From: Candidatus Parcubacteria bacterium
GTDB lineage: Bacteria; Patescibacteriota; Minisyncoccia; Minisyncoccales; JAGMDC01
DNA length: 64,000 nt
Reading direction: 5' to 3'
Assembly: GCA_023131895.1 (NCBI GenBank)
Contig: JAGLYZ010000003.1
Coordinates: forward strand, 1,394 to 65,393
Shown: positions 17,523 through 23,912 of the stretch, piece by piece
Layout of the letters: the number at the start of each line of letters is the position of its first letter
How positions within the stretch are numbered: position 1 is the first letter of the stretch
Program-made: the position numbers and the translations under genes
Notes under the pieces: generated by a model
What the model was told of the DNA's origin: nothing
Seen by the model: the letters and a program-made list of their open reading frames with translations, nothing else
Database searches by the model: none

Positions 17523-18344
17523 TTATTGATGTTTATCAAGATTAACAACTTCAAACTTTGGATAATGAACTACAAATTGCGGAACACTAACATTTGAGTC
17601 CAATAATATTTTTTTTGTCTTATCAATAAATTCATTAAACTGCGTTTCATCCACCAGTATTTGATAATTTCTCAGGTAGTTTTCTCTAAGTATCTTTTTA
17701 AATTCTCCACCAGCGGCTTTTAAATTCATCATTTCAACAATGTAGTAATCTGCAAAATTTTTTGTTTTTGAAATCAATAATTTGATATTGATTAATTCAG
17801 GAATTACTGGGGATATAAAACAAAAAGTTTTAATCCTATTATTTTTTAGAGTTTTCAACGCCTTTATTCTTTCTTCATTACTGGGAGAATGCGGTTCAAA
17901 TAAATCTTTTGTATTTCCTTCAAAAGTATTAATTGTCAAACCGACTTCTATTTTTTTGAATTGTTTTAATAAATCAATGTCCCTTGTTATTAAATCTGAT
18001 TTTGTTAATATTGAAAGTTCTGTGCGTTTGTCCATGCTTTGCAAAATACGGCGTGTCAACTGCAATTCTTTTTCTGCTGGCTGATAAGGGTCGGAGACAG
18101 AAGACATAATGACTTTTCCATTAACAATTTTTTTTGCGAGTTCAGGAGCATTGATTTTCGCTTCTACCCAATCACCCCATTTCCCGTGATTTTTCCACCG
18201 GCACATAAATTTTGCGTAGCAATAAGTACAAGCATATTCACAGCCAATATATTGGTTTATTACATACTTTGCACTAGGAGTTTTCGTTTTTGTAAATATA
18301 CTCTTTGCATTAATTTTAATTATTTTGGCAGTCATAGTAATCAC
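17523..18344 (-). CDS. radical SAM protein, SplB/DNA-photolyase-like (COG1533-type)
   Basis: 273 aa with a CxxxCxxC cluster motif GCEYACTYCYAKF near the N-terminus. Confidence 0.7.
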   Translation of the reverse strand: MITMTAKIIKINAKSIFTKTKTPSAKYVINQYIGCEYACTYCYAKFMCRWKNHGKWGDWVEAKINAPELAKKIVNGKVIMSSVSDPYQPAEKELQLTRRILQSMDKRTELSILTKSDLITRDIDLLKQFKKIEVGLTINTFEGNTKDLFEPHSPSNEERIKALKTLKNNRIKTFCFISPVIPELINIKLLISKTKNFADYYIVEMMNLKAAGGEFKKILRENYLRNYQILVDETQFNEFIDKTKKILLDSNVSVPQFVVHYPKFEVVNLDKHQ

Positions 18345-18850
18345 TTAGAAGCACTTGCCTTACAGAGAGATCTCATTTTGCATTGAGAGCATCCTTTCTT
18401 TCTTCCGAATTGGTTTATTATCATAATCACAATAAAACCCAATAGAGAGATTCCACCAGAAATTAAAAATTCTCTATTCAAAAATATAGCAATTGGAATA
18501 ACAATAATTGGAATGAGTGTTAATAATCCCCAAGTCATGCCTGCTAATTTCATTCCGAGTTTGTAATCTCCTGATTTTTGTTTAAACTGGCATGAACTTA
18601 ATTTGCTCCAGCCACTTCCGCATAATTTACCATAATAATAGCAATGTGTGCAAAGATGTTTTCTTAGGACAATTCCCAACATTACTAATGCAAATGACAA
18701 ATAGAGTATGGAAATAATAGGGAATCCTGCAAATTTAAATGCCGACATTCCGTACGCCGCTAATCCAAACCATAATAACAACAGCGTGTTGGTTAAAATT
18801 ACTGATGATTTTGGATAATTCTCCAATCCTTTTTCGTATAGTTTTTCCAT
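18341..18850 (-). CDS. membrane protein with CxxC motifs (hypothetical)
   Basis: 169 aa with 4 TM segments, plus CTHCYYYGKLCGSGW and GCSQCKMRSLC. It overlaps the radical SAM start by 4 nt. Confidence 0.5.
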   Translation of the reverse strand: MEKLYEKGLENYPKSSVILTNTLLLLWFGLAAYGMSAFKFAGFPIISILYLSFALVMLGIVLRKHLCTHCYYYGKLCGSGWSKLSSCQFKQKSGDYKLGMKLAGMTWGLLTLIPIIVIPIAIFLNREFLISGGISLLGFIVIMIINQFGRKKGCSQCKMRSLCKASASK

Positions 18851-18852
18851 AA

Positions 18853-19182
18853 TTACTTTTCTCCAAAGCGACCAATAAAATAACCCATCAAACTTCCGAT
18901 AATAAGATTTGTAACCAGCATTGGAACTAGTTCTTGGGGACTGCCAGCAACTACTACAATCATCATTGGAAAGGCTATTAAAAAGAAAATTAGCGTTCCT
19001 TTTAAAGTATTATTCAATTTTAGGTTTGATGTTGATATGAGAAAACCGCCGATAACACACATCAAAAATGCTGATACTAATGTGTCCCAAGTCATTTTCA
19101 TAAGCATCATAGGGATTATATCAACTATACCAAAAATAATACCAATGATAAGTCCTACTTTTGTTTTGCTCATTTTTTCCAT
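18853..19182 (-). CDS. small membrane protein (hypothetical)
   Basis: 109 aa with 3-4 TM segments. Its stop lies 2 nt before the next start. Confidence 0.5.
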   Translation of the reverse strand: MEKMSKTKVGLIIGIIFGIVDIIPMMLMKMTWDTLVSAFLMCVIGGFLISTSNLKLNNTLKGTLIFFLIAFPMMIVVVAGSPQELVPMLVTNLIIGSLMGYFIGRFGEK

Positions 19183-19381
19183 AATCTTTACCTCTTTATT
19201 AAATATAAATATCGTTATTATATAAGTTTTGTTTTTCTTTTCAATTTATAAGTTGTTTTCGTAACGGAGTGGAGAAAACACAAATTATCCCCCTCTTTTG
19301 TTTCAGAAAAAATCAAATTTATTTCCCTTTTTAGAAAGCCCGTCATTCTTTTGTCTTTTAGAAAAATATTTTTTGAATTGC

Positions 19382-19472
19382 GTATAACATATAGTGCTAA
19401 AAGAAGTTGTTGCGTAGCAACAATTTGGATGGAACGACCGCAGGGAGTGAAATCTTTTAGCACTTGTTAAGT
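19382..19472 (-). other. attC-like folded palindrome 1
   Basis: The minus strand reads ACTTAAC-A-AGTGCTAAAAG-(50 nt)-CTTTTAGCACT-ATAT-GTTATAC. The plus strand ends in GTTAAGT (fits GTTRRRY). Confidence 0.55.
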
Positions 19473-19501
19473 GAAGTATGACGCAGCCGCCGAGTTAAAA
19501 T

Positions 19502-19945
19502 CTATTTCATCTTCTCGAGTTCCATTATGTTGTTAGGAGGTGTGGTAGCTTCATGAACTGTTATTTTACCTGTGAAGTCCACAAATACGTATCTGCATGG
19601 GTGTGCCCAGTTGGCCCATGGAGCGTCATCAACGAAGAAGAACCAACCCTCCTTCTGTGGGAGTTCAATTGAACTGTGCCAACTTTCTATGGTTGTGCCA
19701 GCTTTCACTGGTTTGGGACCTACATATACCCATTTCCCTTCGGTACTTCCATTCAAAAGCTCTGATATGACCAGATTGTAAGCATCCGTCTTGGATATGT
19801 TTTTATCTGCTTCAAATTCTTTCCATTCCTCAACTTGATCTAGTTGTTGACTATTCCAAATCCACAATCCTCCAACTAAAACAATTACCATAATCAAAAT
19901 TCCAATAAAGATTTTTGTTTTTGAATTCATAATAGTTTTCCTCAT
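19502..19945 (-). CDS. membrane-anchored/exported hypothetical protein (first cassette ORF)
   Basis: 147 aa. The N-terminal anchor ...VLVGGLWIWNSQQLDQV is shared with the 375-aa ORF. Confidence 0.55.
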   Translation of the reverse strand: MRKTIMNSKTKIFIGILIMVIVLVGGLWIWNSQQLDQVEEWKEFEADKNISKTDAYNLVISELLNGSTEGKWVYVGPKPVKAGTTIESWHSSIELPQKEGWFFFVDDAPWANWAHPCRYVFVDFTGKITVHEATTPPNNIMELEKMK

Positions 19946-20010
19946 AATTTTATTGTTAGACTTATTTATTAATCTTATGAGTTTATATGCTCGGCGGCGA
20001 GTAATATTTC

Positions 20011-20086
20011 ATTTAACTCGTTTCTATACGAATTGAATGTATAATATCGACCTTTTGTTGCATATTATACGAACTTAATGTATAAT
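20011..20086. promoter_or_regulatory. attI-like region: GTTAAAT core plus two 21-bp direct repeats
   Basis: Minus-strand GTTAAAT at 20017-20011. TATACGAATTGAATGTATAAT (20025-20045) and TATACGAACTTAATGTATAAT (20066-20086) match 18/21, and each has inverted TATAC/GTATA ends. Confidence 0.45.
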
Positions 20087-20146
20087 TATTAATGAAATTA
20101 CTAATAATTACTTAACTAACTTTAGTTTACTAATTTTTATAAAATT

Positions 20147-20962
20147 ATGCAACAAAAATATTTGGAACAAACAAGGCGGGAATTAAAATTAAGAAATTAT
20201 AGTTTCAAAACCATAAAGGCCTATCTCGGTTGTTTAAAAGAATATTTTGATTTTAAAAAATTTAATTTAGAAAAAATAGACGAGGAAAATATAAAGCAGT
20301 TTTTATTAAATAAACAAGACAAAAATTATTCTTCACAAACGATAAATCTTTACTTAAATGCAATAAAATTTTTTTACCGCGAAGTATTGAAAATTCCCGA
20401 AAAGATAAATTTGAAATTCGCCAAGCGAAGTAAAAAACTACCGATTGTTCTATCAAGAGAAGAAATTGAAAACATCATTGAGTCAATCAAAAATCCAAAG
20501 CATAAATTAATAATCTCTTTAGCTTATGGCGCCGGCTTGAGAATCAGTGAAGTTATTAGTCTAAAAGTAAAAGATGTCGATTTAGAAGAATTAACTATCC
20601 ATCTTAAAAACGCCAAAGGCAAAAAGGACAGAATCACTATTTTCCCGGAAAAAATTAGAAGAGATATTCAAGGTTTAATAGCCAGAAAAAATTCGGACGA
20701 TTATCTTTTTGAAAGCGAACGGGGCGGAAAATTAACCGAGCGGACAGCCCAAAAAGTTTTTGAAAACGCACTCCGAGGAACGGGTATAAAAAAAGACGCT
20801 ACATTCCATTCGTTAAGACACAGCTTTGCAACACATTTATTAGAAAATGGTGTTGATGTCAGGTATGTGCAGGAACTTTTAGGGCATCAGAATATCAGAA
20901 CAACTCAAATTTATACTCAGGTAACAAATCCAAAACTCAAAAACATTAAAAGTCCGTTATGA
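20147..20962 (+). CDS. tyrosine site-specific recombinase (IntI/Xer-like, lacks the IntI-specific insertion)
   Basis: 271 aa: ...YSFKTIKAYLGCLKEYF..., KKLPIVLSREEI, LAYGAGLRISEVISLKVKDVDL, KGKKDR, HSLRHSFATHLLENGVDVRYVQELLGHQNIRTTQIYTQV...IKSPL. The R..K..HxxR..H..Y catalytic pattern is present. Confidence 0.9.
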   Translation: MQQKYLEQTRRELKLRNYSFKTIKAYLGCLKEYFDFKKFNLEKIDEENIKQFLLNKQDKNYSSQTINLYLNAIKFFYREVLKIPEKINLKFAKRSKKLPIVLSREEIENIIESIKNPKHKLIISLAYGAGLRISEVISLKVKDVDLEELTIHLKNAKGKKDRITIFPEKIRRDIQGLIARKNSDDYLFESERGGKLTERTAQKVFENALRGTGIKKDATFHSLRHSFATHLLENGVDVRYVQELLGHQNIRTTQIYTQVTNPKLKNIKSPL

Positions 20963-20976
20963 TTAAAACGGGAAAA

Positions 20977-21314
20977 ATCAGAAGCAATAAAACTCTAAAT
21001 CAGAAAGTGAATAAGCTTAGTAAGCAAAAAGAAAAAGGGATGTGGGGGAAATGAATTTTTGCCCGCCTGCTGTCCCTCAAAACGGGACTGGGGTTGGGAG
21101 CGTTTCCGCAATTCTGCGTTAGCAGAATATCAAAACAGAAAAATTTTCTTTTCCTTAATTGAAAAAAATTTTGCGAGGGGCTATTAAAAAAATGTAGAGA
21201 AAATTTTTCTGTTTTGCTCGCCGTCAGGCGAGTGAAAACGCTGGGTCGGGGTTCAAAAATCCGCTTGCGGATTTTTCTCAAAATGAGTTCGGATTTCGTC
21301 CAGCAAACACCACC
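20977..21314. repeat. structured repeat copy X2 (S1 arm 20977-21014, core 21023-21063, inverted body 21064-21314)
   Basis: Reverse-complement match to the X1 body. The S1 arm and core are shared with X3. Confidence 0.85.
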
Positions 21315-21398
21315 ACTTCGCTTTTTGTAATTATAGATTAATGTTTATTATGCTCGTGTTTGCACCACGTAGCTCCGAGGCGTAACCGAGGAGCGAAG

Positions 21399-21472
21399 TG
21401 GTGGACCCAGCGAGAGTCGAACTCGCGACATCGCAATGCCATTGCGATATTTTACCACTAAACTATGGGCCC
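21399..21472 (-). tRNA. tRNA-Ala (anticodon GGC), CCA encoded
   Basis: Acceptor GGGCCCA/TGGGTCC with the G3:U70 identity pair, anticodon arm TCGCA-ATGGCAT-TGCGA, T loop TTCGACT, then ACCA. Confidence 0.85.
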
Positions 21473-21982
21473 TTATTTTTTTCTATCTAAAATTTTTTTG
21501 CTTTTCTTTTCAACATCCTTGCGAAATGCTGATAAAATTTTCCTTCCTAGAATAATATGCTGTTCAATAACTTTTCTCCAGATATGATTCAGGTAAATAA
21601 TATTAAAAAGAACCACTGAAATAACCACTACCGCATCAAGACTGTGCCTAAGCCAATAATTATCATCTAAATGAAGCCACATTCCGAACTCGTCAAAAGC
21701 TAAAGCTAATCCAATGCCGTAAATTTTAGCTATTTTCAAGCGATGTTCTTCTTTTTCGCTTACCAGAAGCAAATAGCCGACAACAGCTAAAGTAAAAATG
21801 CCAATATTAAAATGATGGACTTCTATGCCTTTTATCATTAAAGACAGCTCTGGGATATACCCATAAGTCCAGGCATAAACTAATATTCTTACAATAACAA
21901 AAGTGGCAAAAAAATAAACCAAAACAACAAAAGGCACCTTCCTATTATGTTTTCCAAAAAGATTATAATAAAGTTTGTTCAT
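21473..21982 (-). CDS. membrane protein (hypothetical), sandwiched between two tRNA genes
   Basis: 169 aa with 4 TM segments. The ATG lies 7 nt after tRNA-Arg, and the stop codon abuts tRNA-Ala base 1. Confidence 0.55.
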   Translation of the reverse strand: MNKLYYNLFGKHNRKVPFVVLVYFFATFVIVRILVYAWTYGYIPELSLMIKGIEVHHFNIGIFTLAVVGYLLLVSEKEEHRLKIAKIYGIGLALAFDEFGMWLHLDDNYWLRHSLDAVVVISVVLFNIIYLNHIWRKVIEQHIILGRKILSAFRKDVEKKSKKILDRKK

Positions 21983-21989
21983 ATTACTG

Positions 21990-22061
21990 TGCCCTTGACA
22001 GGAGTCGAACCTGTATCAGAGGTTTAGGAAACCCCAATTCTATCCATTAAACTACAAGGGC
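21990..22061 (-). tRNA. tRNA-Arg (anticodon CCT)
   Basis: Acceptor GCCCTTG/CAAGGGC, anticodon arm GGGGT-TTCCTAA-ACCTC, T arm ACAGG-TTCGACT-CCTGT. Confidence 0.8.
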
Positions 22062-22070
22062 GTCATTTAA

Positions 22071-22118
22071 AGAATAGCATATCTTTTTCTTGCTGACAAT
22101 TGTGTTTTATGGTAAAAT
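22071..22118. promoter_or_regulatory. overlapping divergent promoters (tRNA-Arg operon on the minus strand; htrA on the plus strand)
   Basis: Minus: TTGTCA (22099-22094)-17-TATTCT (22076-22071). Plus: TTGCTG (22090-22095)-17-TAAAAT (22113-22118) with a TG extension. The plus TSS is predicted at or next to the htrA ATG. Confidence 0.45.
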
Positions 22119-22124
22119 AAATGA

Positions 22125-23150
22125 ATGGAAAAATCACCAATTATTAAAATAGTAAAAAAAGCCTGCCCAGCTGTTATTACTATTGTTATCTCAAAAGACC
22201 TTCCTAAAATAGATGGTTTTTACATGCTCCCTTTTGGCGGACAGAATTTTGTTGTTCCTAAAATAGAAAAGAATAAAAAAGAAAAAACAAAAATCGGAGG
22301 CGGTTCCGGCTTTATTATTTCTCCTGACGGCATAATTCTTACTTCCCAGCATGTGGTTGGCGATCCTCAAGCCGAATATACTATTGTTTTAGAGCCGGAA
22401 AAAAAATACCCTGCTAAAATTTTAGCTCGCGACTCTTTAAACGACATTGCTATTTTGAAAATTGAAGCTAAAAACCTGCCTTTTTTAAAATTAGGCAATT
22501 CAAACCAGATTGAGCTCGGTGAAACCGTTATTGCTATTGGCAATGCTTTGGGGGAATTCCATGACACTGTAAGCACTGGGGTTGTTTCCGGCTTAAGCAG
22601 GACTATTACTGCTTTTAATAATATTGCCCAGCAAGCAGAGAGCTTGCGCGGGCTTATCCAAACCGATGCCGCTATCAATCCAGGCAATTCTGGCGGACCA
22701 TTAGTAAATATTAATGGCAATGTTATCGGCGTTAATACTGCGATGGTCGCTATGGCCCAGAATATCGGCTTTGCTATCCCCATAAACTACGCTAAAAAGG
22801 ATTTGGAAGAAGTAAAAAAATACGGAAAAATCAAAAGGCCTTTTTTAGGAGTAAGATATATTCTCTTGAATAAAGATTTATCAGAAAAAAACAAGCTGCC
22901 AGTTGGTTATGGAGCTTTGATTGTTAGAGAAGCATTAGGCGAATCAGCAGTAATTCAAAACTCTGCAGCTGGAAAAGCAGGTTTAAAAGAATTTGATATT
23001 ATTTTGGAATGCAATAATAAAAAAATCACTACTGATAATCCATTATCGGCTATTTTACAGAAACATAAAATAGGAGAAGAGGTTGAATTAAAAATCCTGC
23101 GGGACAAAAAAGAAATATTAGCAAAAGTAAAATTGGAAGAAAAAAAGTAA
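22125..23150 (+). CDS. htrA: HtrA/DegP-family serine protease with C-terminal PDZ
   Basis: 341 aa: GSGFIISPDGIILTSQHVV (His box), DIAILK (Asp), GNSGGPLVN (Ser). Confidence 0.9.
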   Translation: MEKSPIIKIVKKACPAVITIVISKDLPKIDGFYMLPFGGQNFVVPKIEKNKKEKTKIGGGSGFIISPDGIILTSQHVVGDPQAEYTIVLEPEKKYPAKILARDSLNDIAILKIEAKNLPFLKLGNSNQIELGETVIAIGNALGEFHDTVSTGVVSGLSRTITAFNNIAQQAESLRGLIQTDAAINPGNSGGPLVNINGNVIGVNTAMVAMAQNIGFAIPINYAKKDLEEVKKYGKIKRPFLGVRYILLNKDLSEKNKLPVGYGALIVREALGESAVIQNSAAGKAGLKEFDIILECNNKKITTDNPLSAILQKHKIGEEVELKILRDKKEILAKVKLEEKK

Positions 23151-23168
23151 ACTCACGATCGTGAGTTT
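23149..23168 (+). terminator. perfect 20-bp palindrome after htrA
   Basis: AAACTCACGATCGTGAGTTT, overlapping the stop codon. Confidence 0.5.
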
Positions 23169-23502
23169 ACTGAAACATTTAAATATTTATTACCGAACTA
23201 TTGCTTAGCTTAGCTAAACAATAGTCAAAGCCCCTCACAAATGCGAGAGGTTTTTAGTTTACAACTTTAGTAAAGATTAAAAATCAAAAGTTGTAAACCT
23301 GGCTGGAAACATTTAATCAAAAACTCTATAAGAACGATTCTCGTAGAATTTACTTAGGAAATATCATCGGCAGGTTTTCTAAATTCATTTTTTTTCTCAT
23401 GTAATTTATAATTTCAATTATTTATTAATTTATTTCTTCAAAAAAAGAAGGGGTATAAAAATGCCCCTATGTTTTTAGTTTTTGACGTACCTTCTCCATG
23501 CT

Positions 23503-23712
23503 CTACAACAAGTGCTCAAAAGGTTGTTTTTCCTTTTTTATTGTATTCGGCTTCTCTTCAAAGTTTTTGCATACAAAGTAATTTCCGATTACTTTTAGTT
23601 CTATTTCATTTTTTGTGCATGTGCCTTTGCATAAACCAAATGGTATATGTAGAGTCCAGTGTATACAATCCTTTCTTTTACATTCACTTTCTATCTTAAT
23701 TTTGGTATCCAT
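23503..23712 (-). CDS. small cysteine-rich protein (hypothetical)
   Basis: 69 aa with 6 Cys (C..KDC...CKGTC...C). Strong SD AGGAGGTG about 10 nt upstream, and a hairpin terminator (about 23445-23475) downstream. Confidence 0.55.
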   Translation of the reverse strand: MDTKIKIESECKRKDCIHWTLHIPFGLCKGTCTKNEIELKVIGNYFVCKNFEEKPNTIKKEKQPFEHLL

Positions 23713-23770
23713 TTTCTTCTTTTCACCTCCTATTTTTTATTCTCAACGAACCATGAATTTTCGTTTGTCT

Positions 23771-23803
23771 AAAAACGAAAACCCCTTCCTTCTCAGGAAG
23801 GGG
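23771..23803 (-). terminator. rho-independent terminator of hisS
   Basis: The minus strand reads CCCCTTCC-TGAGAA-GGAAGGGG followed by TTTTCGTTTTT. Confidence 0.75.
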
Positions 23804-23912
23804 CTATTTTGATAATTTTTAAAATATCAACACAACCCTTTCCTGAGAAAGAAAAAGTTATGATGATGAGAATCTACTACTTTATTTAATTGTTTTAAAT
23901 TTATAAAATTCA

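Noticed and set aside
20147-20962. Calling the recombinase a bona fide integron integrase (IntI).
   Set aside because: The N-terminal and catalytic boxes resemble IntI1. However, the ~35-aa IntI-specific insertion between the KGKKDR and RHSFAT regions is absent and the protein is only 271 aa. I therefore label it IntI/Xer-like only.
21064-21314. The X-repeat body as a tRNA-like or tmRNA-like gene, considered because it ends in ...CACCACCA.
   Set aside because: No T arm or acceptor pairing could be folded. It is present in more than one copy in inverted orientation, which fits a repeat element better than a housekeeping RNA.
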